Shown piece after piece: positions 25,271-38,200 of a stretch of DNA of 64,000 bases. Location of the stretch: the NCBI RefSeq assembly GCF_963921235.1, contig NC_086108.1, positions 33,048,001 to 33,112,000 on the forward strand, in the 5' to 3' direction. Made by a program: the position numbers and the translations under genes. Positions within the stretch are counted from its first letter, which is position 1, and each line of letters begins with the position of its first letter. The DNA comes from Mobula hypostoma (taxonomy: Eukaryota). The notes below the pieces were generated by a model, which saw only the letters and a program-made list of their open reading frames with translations, was not told the DNA's origin and ran no database searches.

Positions 25271-28200
25271 TGTTACGTAATCGCATCAATGAATATATAA
25301 TTGAGTCAAGTTTTATAAACAAACAAACATTTATTAAACTCTGCTCAACAATAGCAGAAAAAAATATTCAAACAACTAACTTAACCGGAATTAACTGCTA
25401 TACGGCAACTCTGGAACTGTTCTTAAAGTGGTAAATTCGAACACAGTTCTTAAAGTGGTAAATTCGAAAGTCCAAGTGATTTATACGGTCAATAAGGAGA
25501 GACTTCCCTGGAACCTTAAAATAGAAAATAAAACTCCGTTTTAAAACAAAACTGCGTCAGGAGACAAATGCGCAGCATAATGGAGTAACTGACGAACTAA
25601 AAAAAAAACTGTGTAACAACAGGGGTTTCCTGTTATATACCTGTTGAGAACAGGTCATCATGTGCCCTCACACTGGCGGGAAAATTACATCATATGACGT
25701 CCACAAGACCATTACATCATGTTCACAAGACACTCAATTACATTATGGTCATAAGACAGTCACAATATACCAATGAGGTATGTAACACCTCCCTCCAAAA
25801 AAGGAAAATTTTGGTCTTTTATGAGCAAAATTTTAATAACTGTTTACACAAAAAAAACAAATGTATAAAATCTATAACATACACAACATACACAGTATTA
25901 TCTTACAGCACCTTGCAAACTAATATACAGTAGGACGTGTTACAAATGTTAAAATACCTCTCCATAAAAAATTTTACATTGTACATTTAACATCTAGATA
26001 GACAGTCAGCAATCACATTATCTTTACCTTTAATATAAGTTATCAAAATATTATACTCCTGTAACATCAAACTCTAAGTCAGTAACCTCCTATTTTTGTT
26101 TTTCATCTTACTCAAAAACACTAACGGATTATGGTCACTGTAAACTACGAGTGGTTTCTGAGTAGTACCAATATACACATCAAGATGTTGTAAAGCCAAA
26201 ACAAGAGATAATAATTCCTTTTCTATGGTTGAATAACTTCTTTGATGCAAATTAAATTTCTTAGAAAAGTAAGCTACTGGATGATCAACCTCATCACCCT
26301 CATCCCTTTGGAGTAACACTGCTCCTGCGGCTTCATCACTAGCATCTACAGCTAATGAAAATGGTTTTTCAAAGTCAGGTGACCTGAGCACAGGTTGATG
26401 ACATAGCATAGTTTTCACTTTATCAAATGCCTCCTGACAAGTCACTGTCCAAACAAACTTTTCACTTTTCTTCAAGAGATTGGTTAATGGAAGGGCAATG
26501 TCAGCAAAATTCTTACAAAATTTATGGTAATATCCTACCATTCCTAAGAATCTTCTTAGAGTCTTTTTACCATTTGGAGTGGGTACCCCTAAGATTGCCT
26601 GAACAGGAGCTAACTTACCTTGCCCCACAACATAACCAAGGTAAGTCACTGTGGCATGACCAAATTCACTTTTAGCTAAGTTAATAGTTAAGTTAGCTTT
26701 TGAAAGCCTTTCAAATAGTTTTTCCACGGCAGTAATATGTGCTTCCCAAGTGTCATTTCCTGTAACTAAATCAGACAATATAGGCATCTATATCTTTTAA
26801 CCGATGAAACACAGAATTAATCATCCGCTGGAAAGTACCTGGTGCATTCTTCATCCCAAATGGAAGAACATTATATCCATATAACCCAGATGGGGTTACA
26901 AATGCAGAAATCTCTCTACCTCTATCCGTCAACAGAACACACCAATATTCTCTTAACAAATCAAAATCTTTGTAAGGAACTTTGCTTTTTCAACTTTGTC
27001 CACACAATCATCCACTCCAGGGATAGGATACACATCAGTTTTTGTCACAGCATTCACCTTCCTGTAATCAGTACAAAACCGAATACTACTAACTGGCTTA
27101 GGCACCATAACACAAGAAAAACTCCAATTTGAATTAGAAGGTCTAATAATATTATTCTCTAACATATACTTAATTTCTTGTTCAGCAAGTTCACATTTTT
27201 CCCTGTTCATCTGATATGGATGTTGCTTTATGGGTTTGACATCTCTAACATCTACATCATGTGAAGCTACTGTGGTTCTTTTAGGAACATCTGGAAATAA
27301 ATCCCGAGATTTAAAAATCAGTTGCTTCATCTGCTGCCTCTGCTCTGGCTGTAAATGAACTAATTTCTCATTAATATTTTCCAGAATTGTTGAGTTTGGT
27401 AACCTGGCAGAAATAATGTTGTGTTTAAAATGAGTTTCAGATGAATCATCCACTAAGTTCCTAGTGTGATCAGACTCATTATTATTAACCACAACAGTCA
27501 TAGCAGCGGACTGTTTCTCATAATAGGCTTTTATCATATTTATATGACAAAGCAATGTTGGCCTTCTTCGATCTGGTACTTTTATCACATAATCTACATC
27601 ATTAACTTTAGATATAACTTCATAAGGACCATGAAATTTAGCTTGTAATGGGTTCATTTGCACCGGGAAAAGAACCAACACCTTATCTCTGGGCTTAAAT
27701 GACCTCATTCTAGCTTCCTTACCATACCAAGTTTTCATTTTCTCCTGAGCCAATTTTAAATTTTCCTTGGCTAAGCTACAAGCTTTATGTAATCTTTCTT
27801 TAAATTTTAAAACATAATCCAGCAAATTAGTGTGTACCTCTTTATTAATCCATTGTTCTTTTAACAAGGCCAAAGGTCAATAGCTCTATGCCCAGATGGA
27901 CTAAAACCTAGGGATTTCTGCACTGACTCCCATACTGCAAAAAGAAGTAAATGTACGCCCTCATTCTAGTCATTTTCATTTTTCACACAATACGTCCTAA
28001 TCATAGTTTTAAGGGTAGAATGGAACCTCTCCACAGCTCCTTGCGATTCTGGGTGGTATGCAGACGAGGTAATCTGTTTTGCTCCCAGTTTATAAACTAT
28101 CTGCTGAAACAATCCAGACATAAAATTACTGCCTTGATCAGATTGAATCTCCTTAAGTAATCCAAAATAAGTAAAGTATTTTATGAGAGTCTTTATTACA

Positions 28201-31200
28201 GTTTTAGCTGTTATATTCCTGAGTGGTATGACCTCTGGAAACCTAAACACTGTGCACATGATGGTCAGCGAATATTGATGACCAGCTTTAGTTTTTGGCA
28301 ATGGGCCTACACAATCCATAATAATTTTGGAAAATGGTTCATCAAATGCGGGAATAGGTTGCAGTAGGGCCACTGGAGTAACTTGATTAGGTTTACCTAC
28401 AATTTGGCAAGTATGACACATTCTGCAAAATGTCGCCACATCATTTCTTAAACTAGGCCAATAAAAATGTTTAAAAGTCTTGTTCATAGTTATCTTTACA
28501 CCTTGATGGCCACCCAAGGGCATACTATGAGCCATAGTTAAAATCTCATTCAGATTAACTTTAGGAACTACTACCTGGTGATTAACTTCCCATTCTTCAC
28601 TGGCTGGAATTGTAAGTGATCTCCACTTCCTTATTAATACTCCCTTCTCAAAATAATATCCTACTGGCATCTTCTCAGTTTCACTGTCTGGAAGAGCTTG
28701 TTCCTTTAATTTGATAATCTCAGGGTCTCGACTCTGCTCTGCTATCATCTCCTTCTGAGATAAAGACAAATCTTCATGGTCAGACTTACTACAACAATTT
28801 TGATCAAACAATGAAGGTAAGAAAGTTTCCGACACATTCTCAAAATTCGAAATCCGAGTTGAACAGTCATGGGTAACAACCTCATCCTGCACTTCAAGCT
28901 TTTTAGCCACAGCTCGGGTTAGAATACAGGAGGAATCCCTGTTATAATCCACCTTTGGTTCATCAGAAAAGGGCTTAATTGTCAAATGTCCTTCAGGAAA
29001 ATCTTGTCCATCTGCTAAGTCATTCCCTAACAATAGAGAAACATCATTCACTGGCAAACTGGGGTGTAGTCCTACTTTCACAAGTCCTGTAACTAACCCT
29101 GACCTTAAATTTACTCTGTGCAAATGGACAGGCATAAGGGCACTTCAACAGTTCACCTCACTAATGTCAGACTCATCACTAAGCATTAGAATACTGTCTG
29201 ATATAAGTGATATAGATGCTCCAGTATCCCTAAGGATTTTTATTGGCAGCAGAGTGGATCCATCTTTCAAGGATACAAATCCTTCAGTTATAAAATGATC
29301 ATATCCCCTCTTAACTTGGTCAGACTCTTCATTTGTATTTATTGAACCTTGTGGATTTACAGGTGTTTCAATATGCTGCACACAAGCATCTGGGACTGCT
29401 TTCTTCTCCTTCTTCTTCAATCAGAAACAGTTAGCTATTACGTGACCAGGTTTCTTACAATAATTACAAATAGGACCAAAATGTCTTTCCTTCACATGTT
29501 TCCCTTCATCCTTACCTTTCTCACTAACTTCTGACTTAATTTCTGGTTTACCTTGACTCTCTGTGCTATCTTTCCTTTTAAAAGTTCAACCCTGAGGAAA
29601 TCTACTCTTATGGATTAAAGCATACTCATCAGCTAATCTAGCAGACTCCTGCAATGTAGCAGTGTCCCTCTCCTTTAAATATGTCCTTACTTCAGTAAGG
29701 ATGCGCCTTTTAAATTTCTCCAATAAAATCAAATCTTTCAATTTATTATGCTCCCCATTCACATTTTGAGAGGAAACCCATCTCTCAAAACGCACAGATT
29801 TATCGTAGGCAAATTCCACGTAAGTTTTTTCCATGGATTTCTTCAAATTTCTGAATCTTTCTCTATAAGCTTCTGGAATCAGTTCATGCGTTTTCAATAT
29901 ATGCTGCTTCACAATATCATAATCAAATGCTTGCTCAGCAGTTAAAGCAGTATAAACTTGTTGTGCCTTACCTCTAATTACACTTTGCAACATCACTGGC
30001 CATTTATCTTTTGGCCACCCTGAAATCCAAGCACAAGTCCAAAATGCTGGAAATATCTCTCTACTTCTGCCTCATTAAATGGAGGAGCTAATATAATTTC
30101 TCGACTAGCAACGAACTGTTTCCTAGAACCAGAGGATTGATTCTCGGACTTTAATTCCTCCATCTTTAGCTCAAAATCCCTCTTTTTATTAGCTTCTCTT
30201 TCTTCGAAGTCCCTCTGTTTACTTGCAGCTTCTAATCGACATCGTTCTAAGTCAGCTTCCAATTGTTTCTGTTTTAACTCAGCTTCTACTCTAAGCTTTT
30301 CCAATGCTACCTGTTCCAGGTGTAACTGGATCGCTGCTTTACCTACAGAGAACCTATCTAACTCCACTTCATCAAAATCACCCAAATTTATATAGTGTTC
30401 CGTGATTTTCCTCTGAATTACTGACTTTGTTGTAGCCTTCAAAATACCTTGAAGGTCTAACTTTCTAGCAATCTCGAATACATCACCCTTTTTTGCCTTC
30501 ACTAAAACCTCTGGGTCAGGCGATGCCATAAACTCGTCAATATTCATTGCTGCCGAATACCACCCACAGACCAATCAAACAAAAGAATCGGTTATTTCCC
30601 TTTTCCAAATCAGACTGAAAATTAAACAAGCACTTAAGCTCAAAATTGGAACAATTCAGGACAAGCTCCCAATTTTTCTGTTATGTAATCAGCAACAATG
30701 AATATATAATTGAGTGAAGTTTTATAAACAAACAAACATTTATTAAACTCTGCTCAACAATAGTGGAAAAAAATACTCAAACGACTAACTTAACCAGAAG
30801 TTAACTGCTATACGGCAACTCCGGAACAGTTCTTAAAGCGGCAAATTTGAACACAGTTCTTAAAGTGGTAAATTCAAAAGTCCAAGTGATTTACACAGTC
30901 AATATGGAGAGACTTCTCTGGAAACGGATTTCTTTGAAGACGTGACGTTACTGCTGATTCTCCAAAGGATTCACGATGAAGAAAGTAAAACGGCTTAAAA
31001 GAACTGACTTTTTCCTGGCGAGTGAACACTGCACAAACTTCCCTGCTCTTGCAGGAGTTATCTCAGATGCATGTCACTATTTCTGAACGACGACTCAATA
31101 AGGTTGATCCTTTATAAAACCGCCGAACGACTCCAACTTTATTCACTTCTTTCTTCACTCTCCAATCCTGGACTGTAAGGGAAAAATTATAGAGGCAACA

Positions 31201-31520
31201 CACAAAACTGGCAGCGATTGGTGAAACTGCCAGCACCAATCTTTGCACCTTAAAATAGAAAGTAAAACTCCGTTTTAAAACGAAACTGTGTCTTGAGACA
31301 AATGCGCAGCATAACGGAGTAACTGACGAACTAAAAAAAAACTGCGTAACAACAGGGGTTTCCTGTTATATACCTGTTGAGAACAGGTCATCATGTGACC
31401 TCACACTGGTGGGAAAATTACATCATGTGGCCTCCACAAGACCATTACATCATGCTCACAAGACACTCAATTACATCATGGTCATAAGGCAGTCACAAGA
31501 TACCCACGAGGTATGTAACA
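25271..31520 (-). mobile_element. Full-length decayed Gmr1-like Ty3/gypsy LTR retrotransposon, element 2
   Basis: LTRs 30679-31520 (5') and 25271-25787 (3', internally deleted); TSD ATGT; degenerate tRNA-Pro PBS TGGGAGCTTGTCC; PPT GGAGGGAGG next to the 3' LTR; domain order gag-PR-IN-RT-RNaseH. Confidence 0.95.
25990..30574 (-). pseudogene. gag-pol pseudogene of Gmr1-like element 2
   Basis: ORF pieces 29993-30574 and 29586-29996 (gag), 29145-29420 (LRDTGAS), 27966-29135 (H..H..C..C, DCVGPLP, SDQGSNF, ERFHSTLK), 26953-27873 (RT), 26074-26787 (VDASD, EKELL, SDHNPL RNase H). Confidence 0.92.
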
Positions 31521-34500
31521 ATGTGTATGCATATCTTGGGTGCATGTGGACACATTACTGCAGATGTGATGCATGTACATGCTTTAAATACGTGTACATA
31601 TTTGCTCATGTGTATGTGTGTGCACACATAGACATTGTTTCTGTGTGCATACATACAAATGTTTAAAATAATTTATATGTGTGTATGTGTACATGTTTTC
31701 TGCATGTGTAAATTACTCTGTATGTGTGTATGTTCATGCATGCATATGTTTTGTGTGCATGCATTCGCTGCCAATATGTGTGAGCATGTGCATGCTTGTG
31801 TATATACAGTATATACTCTCTGGGGGACTACCACCTTCTCTTGGGGATAGGCTTGTGTCATCCTGAGAACCCAAGGGTGATGCCGCCTGGAGCTTAGCTC
31901 CTGGTAGGCGGTAAGGTCAAGGGGGAGGATCCAGACGAAGTGTGGTCTAACCAAGACCTCAATGGGGGAGCAGGCGGAAGATGGTGGGAAAGTAAAGGCT
32001 CCGGAATCTCAGAAACATGAGGACCACCACAACGGCTGCAAAGGCAGACAAAGGGTGCAGCAGAAAAGGGCACCCAGTTGTCTTGGCCTCCATGCCATTG
32101 GATTCTGGCTCTTTCTCTGTCAAGGACTGTGTGGTGGCTGCTTGTGTTTCAGAATCCCCATGTTAAAAGACCTCGCACACAGGCATTTCTCCTGGTTTGG
32201 TAATCCGATTGACCACTTGGACAAAGCCCTGTGGCGATGAGGAAGTGGTGATAGGAGCAGGACAGTGAAGTCTGGGAGCTCCCAGCCACAACCTGGCACA
32301 CAGGCGGTGGGTGTTAGATACAGTTGTCTTGCTCTTGAACTGAGGCAGACAGGGCTTTTCAGCAGCTGTACCGTGACTGAGCAGCCCTATTCAGGACCTG
32401 CTCTGCTCACCCCACATGGGGAAGGGGCTAGAAAAGGTGCCCTAAGAACAGCCTGCCTCCAGAGTCCTGACTGTATTACCACATCCAGTGCAAACTGCAG
32501 TCTGAAACAAAAGCATATGAATTTTCGAGCCTGGAACATATGGACACTTATGGACAGTGAAACCAGTGATTGTCCTGAAAGACGTACTGCCATCATGTCA
32601 AGAGAGCTGAGAAGGTTCCAAATTCACCTTGCCACCCTCTCTGAAATGTGATTGGTTGAGGAAGGACAATTGAAGGAGGAGAAGGGTGGATGCACCTTTT
32701 TCTTGAAGGGAAATCAGCAGATGAATCGAGAATCCACGGAGCTGGATTCGCCATAAAGAACGGGATCATCAGTCAGCTCTCCGAGTTGCCACTTAGCATC
32801 AATGAACCCCTCATGACCATGCACCGTAAACTCACTAACACACAAATGGCTACAGCTGTGAGTGCCTATGCTCCAACCCTCGGCTCACCAGACGCTGTAA
32901 AGGAGACCTTCGACAATGACTGAGACTGCATACTATCAGATATTCCCTAGGAAGATAAGGTCACTCTTCTTGGAGACTTCAATGCTAGAGTTGGCAGGGA
33001 TAGTGACTCCTGAAAAAGCACAATTGGGAAGGAAGGTGTTGGCAAGATCAACACAATGGAGTGTTTTTACTCTCCAAGTGTGCTGAACGTGCCCTGACCA
33101 TCACAAACACCCTGTTCTGCCGGAGAAGTAGGGTGAAGACTTTGTGGATGCATCCCCATTGAAAGACTTGCATCTTATAGATTATGTCATTGTTCAGAGG
33201 AGGGTCACAGAGATGTGAAGAATACAAGAGCCATGACCAGTGCTGATGATGACAAGACAGACCATCGGCTTATTCGCTCACAATTGACCATCAAAATCAT
33301 GCGGAAGAGTCTTACTGCAAAAGAAGCTCATCTGGACCAGGTTCAACATCGAGAGCCTAAAAGACACGCCGCTGCCCTTTCTGAAAGACTCCCAAGGACA
33401 CTGAAGCACACTGGACCACACTGAATACCACCATCCTTGATACTTGTGAAAACATCATTGGATACAAGACCAGGAAAAACGAAGATTGGTTTGTTGAAAA
33501 TAACAATGAAATAGAAGAGCTAAGCAACAACAAAATGAATGTTTTCTGTGCCTGATAGAAGGACATCTACTGCGAGGCAAAGAGAAAAGCCCACTCCAAA
33601 GCTAAGGCCGTAGTCCAGCGTAGCATAAGGCAAATAAAGAATCAGTGATGGACTGAGAGGGACTTAGAAATACAGCATCTTGTTGACTCTGGTGATATCA
33701 GGGATGTTTTATTGCCTCCAAGGCAGAGTATGGCCCAAACATCATGGCCTAAACCTTCTTCACTCCAAAGATGGACAAAGGCTGCTAAAGGACAATGTTG
33801 CCATCAATTCTCAATGGAAAGAACACTTTTAGGAGCTACCTAATCGTAACACCACTGTTGACATTGAAGCCTTCAACCAGCTCCCCCATGAAGGAGGACA
33901 TGTAAGCTTCTTAGTATCAAGGAGGTGCAGACAGCTTGCAAGAAGTTGAGGAACAACAAGGCCACTGGGCCTGTTAGAATTCCAGCAGAAATCCTCGAGG
34001 AAGGTGTCCCAGAAGTTTTAAATCATGTCCATGACCTGCCTGTCAAGATCTGGGACTAGGAGAAGATTCCATCTGCACTTAGGGATGCCCTGATTGTCAC
34101 ACTCTTCAAAAAGGGTGACAAAGCTGACTGCAGGAATTATAGAGGCATCTCCCTCCTTTTTACAACTGGAAAGGTACTTGCTCGAATTTGATGTGACCAG
34201 CTTTCACCTCTGACAGAAGCTCTCCTGCCTGAGTCTCAGCGTGGCTTCCATCCAGCCAGAGGAACATCTGACATGATTTTTACAGCATGTCAATTGCAGG
34301 TGAAAACCCAAGAACAAAATCTCTCACTTTATATGGCTTTAGAGACCTGACAAAAGCAGTTGACTCTGTAAATCATCCTGCCCTTTAGCAGGTACTGTCC
34401 AAAATTGGATGCCTGGAGACATACCTTAAGACCCTGCCGCTCTTACACAATGATTGAGTGTAACAGTCATCAGAAACAGCAGCTTTGAAATAGCACCTTT

Positions 34501-35278
34501 TAAGGTTGAGACTGGGGTCAAACAAGGGTGCAGGATAGTCCCAACTCTGTTTGCCATTTTCATTGCAACCATTCTTCACCTCACAGTCCAAGACCTTGAC
34601 AAGGGGTCCAGATACTCTATAGGTCAGACGGGGGGGCTCTTTGCCTTTAACAGGTTCAAGGAAAAGAGCAAGGTGTCATGGAGCTCCAATATGCAGATAA
34701 CAACACCATCTTGCTCACTCTGAAGAGAATCCGCAGTGCATAATGGATGCTTTTGCCAGAGCGTATAAGCTCCAGGGATTTGAACTAAACATCAAGAAAA
34801 CCCAAGTCCTGCACCCACCTCCAACCAAGCTCCTAAACCTCCAACCATGCAATTGACAACATCCCTTTGGAGAATGCTGATCATTTTCTATATTTTGACA
34901 GCCTTCTTTCTTCAAGAGCCAACTTTTTTAAAAATTTTTTATTTTTATTGAAGGAATGACACAATACAGAATATATAATGGATTACATTTTTCTCCATTT
35001 TGCTTTAGTATCGTACCCCCAAAACAAACCTCCCCCCCACCCGCCCTCCCCGAACATATCATGGCAGCTAATATATCTACAACACAACAATTCACAAATA
35101 CAAGTACGGACATTTCACAACCGTACCCCCACACTACTTCAATACGACAGCTCATACACATCTGCAACATGTCAGATGATCCAAAATACACTCATATTTA
35201 CAATTCATCAACCACCCTGTGAGGTAAATTATAAGTGTGTTAAATGGGAGGCAACTTCCTAAGTACAATCAAATGCCC

Positions 35279-38200
35279 TCAACTAGTAGGTAATTCCTTA
35301 AGACTCCCAAAATATGTTAAGAAAGGTCCCCATTTCGAATAGAACTTTTTCACAGACCCCGTCAAAGTGAATTTAATCTTTTCTAATTTCAGAAAAAACA
35401 TTACATCTTCTAACCAAGCAGCAGCAGTTGGGGGAGTGGCAGATTTCCAAACCAGCAAAATTCTCCTACGGGCCAATAGCGATGTAAATGCAATGATATC
35501 CGACTGGCTTGCATTTAAACCCAAATCATCATCTGCCACACCAAATACAGCTATAAGCGGGCAAGGTTTCAGTGTCACCCCCAAAACCTCACTGATAATT
35601 TTAAAAACCAGTGCCCGATAGTCATCAAGCCGAGGGCATGACCAAAATGCATGCATTAAACCAGCCGGAGAGAAGGAACACCTGTCACAGCCAGCGTCTG
35701 TCCCAGGGTATATGTCTACCAGTCTGGCTTTACTTAAATGTACCCTGTGTAAAACTTTGAATTGTATGAGCCCCAGTCTAGCACATGATGATGAGAAATG
35801 AACCCTATTCAATACTTTTGCCCAATATTCTTCTGCAAGGTCCATACTGAGGTCGTCCTCCCACCTACTCTTAGTTTTGTTTAGATCTTGAACTCCCAAA
35901 GACATCAGCTGAGAGTATAGTTCAGAAATCAGCCCCTTATTGTTAAAGCTAAGAGTGAATTTTTCCCATAACATAGCAGGTGGTAGAACAGGAAAAGAGG
36001 GAAATTTTTCCTTGACAAAGTGGCGATTCTGCAGGTATTTAAAAAAATGATTATGCAGAAGGCCATACTTACCGCGCAGGTTATCAAAACTATCAAATGT
36101 GTTATCAGTATACAAATCCTTAATGCGCATAAGACCATTCAAACCCCATTGTCTAAAAGCTGAATCGAATGTGGAGGGAGGAAATAAATGGTTTTTATGA
36201 ATGGGGCCCAAAACTGAAGCTGATATGAACTTATAGTGGCAGCGAAATTGATTAAAAATTTTGAGGGTAGAGAGCACGACCGGGTTAGATGTGAATTGAG
36301 AGGATTTCAATGGTAAGGAAGAATACACCAAAGCTGGGAGAGACGAGGAGTGGCAAGATCGTGACTCAAGCAGGCACCAGATTATATCTGGCCGGTGAAG
36401 CCAAAATAATACTTTTTGAATGTTCGATGCCCGGTAATAATGAATAAAGCTGGGAAGACCCATTCCACCTATGTCACGACCTCTTTGGAGAGTGTGCTTA
36501 TTAACCCTTGGGACCTTATTTTCCCAAGTAAAGGAGGTTATAGCTTGATCAACTGATTTAAAAAATAACTTAGATAAGAAAACTGGCAAACACTGAAACA
36601 AATAGAGAAATCTAGGAAGTATAGTCATTTTCACTGACTGAATTCTCCCAGCTATAGTAAGGGGTAAACTGCGCCATCTCTCGAAATCAGCCTTCATTTG
36701 GCTAACCTGAGGCCTGTAGTTAGCTTCAAACAGAAATGTAAAAGAGCGAGTAATATGTATTCCTAGGTATACAAAACCATCTTGAGATAAAGGAAAGGGC
36801 AAGGATTCCTGTCGGATCTGTAGGGCCAAGTTATTAATGGGAAAGCATTTGCTTTTTTGAAAGTTCAGTTTATAGCCAGAGAAGGCTCCAAATTGACCTA
36901 ATAATGACACAATAGCAGGACTACTACCTATAGGGTCGCTAACATAAAGTAAGAGGTCATCAGCATATAAGGAAACAGGGTGTTCCATGTCCCCTCTTCT
37001 AACACCTTGAAATAATGTAGTTGACTTAATTGCAATAGAAAGAGGCTCAATTGCAATTGCAAAAAGAAGAGGGGACAGTGGGCAGCCTTGGGGAGTGCCA
37101 CGTGTTAATGGGAAATAGCCAGATCGAAAATAATTTGTCTGTATACACGCTAAAGGCAAGTGGTATAATAGCTTAAACCAAGCTATAAATATTCTGCCAA
37201 ATCCAAATTTCTCCAAAACACTAAACAAGTATACCCATTCCACTCTATCAAATGCCTTCTCCGCATCCAAGGCGATAACAACCTCTGGACTTGGAGAATC
37301 ACTCGGTGAATAAACCACATCAGCCAGTCGACGGATATTAAAAAAAGAATAGCGATTTTTAATAAAACCTGTTTGATCATCTGAAATTATCTTGGGAAGG
37401 GGATGTTCTAAACGACATGCCAAAATTTTCACATCTACATTCAAAAGTGAAATGGGGCGATATGATCCACATTGAGTTGGGTCCTTGTCCTTTTTAAGAA
37501 GTAGTGAAATAGCTGCCTGTGAAAGAGAAGGGGGTAAGGAGCCGTTCTCCAAAGATTCCTGAAACACTTCTAGAAGGACCGGTGTGAGTTTATCCTTAAA
37601 TTTATTATAAAATTCTATTGGATAACGATCAGGACCTCGGGACTTACCACTCTGCATAGCCATAATGGCATTATTAATCTCTTCCTGCCCAAGAGCCCAA
37701 TCTAGGTTCTCCACTTCCTCTGGTTCAAGAGTTGGTATTTCCAAATTATCTAAAAAACGTTCCATATTTGTTTTATCTGAGGGGAACTCTGAGGCATACA
37801 GAGAGGAATAAACAGTTGCAAAGATGTTATTAATCTCTTTTGGATTGTTTGTCAAGTTCTGGTGCATGTCTCTTACCTGGGGAATAAGTCGTGATGCAGC
37901 TTGACATTTCAACTGATGAGCCATAAGCCAGCTCGCCTTGTCACCATATTCATAATAGAGGCCACGTGTCTTAAGAATTAATTGTTCTGATAGGTTTGTA
38001 GATAGAAGATTAAACTTCGCTTGCAAATCAACCCGGCTTTTATATAATTCCGCAGTGGGTGCCTCAGAGTATTTTCTATCCAGGTCCCAAATAGATTTCA
38101 ATAACACTTGCATTTCCTTCCTACTCTCTTTATTGGCATGTGAAGTATAAGATATTATTTGACCCCTCAAGTAAGTTTTTAAAGTTTCCCAAAGTAAAGA

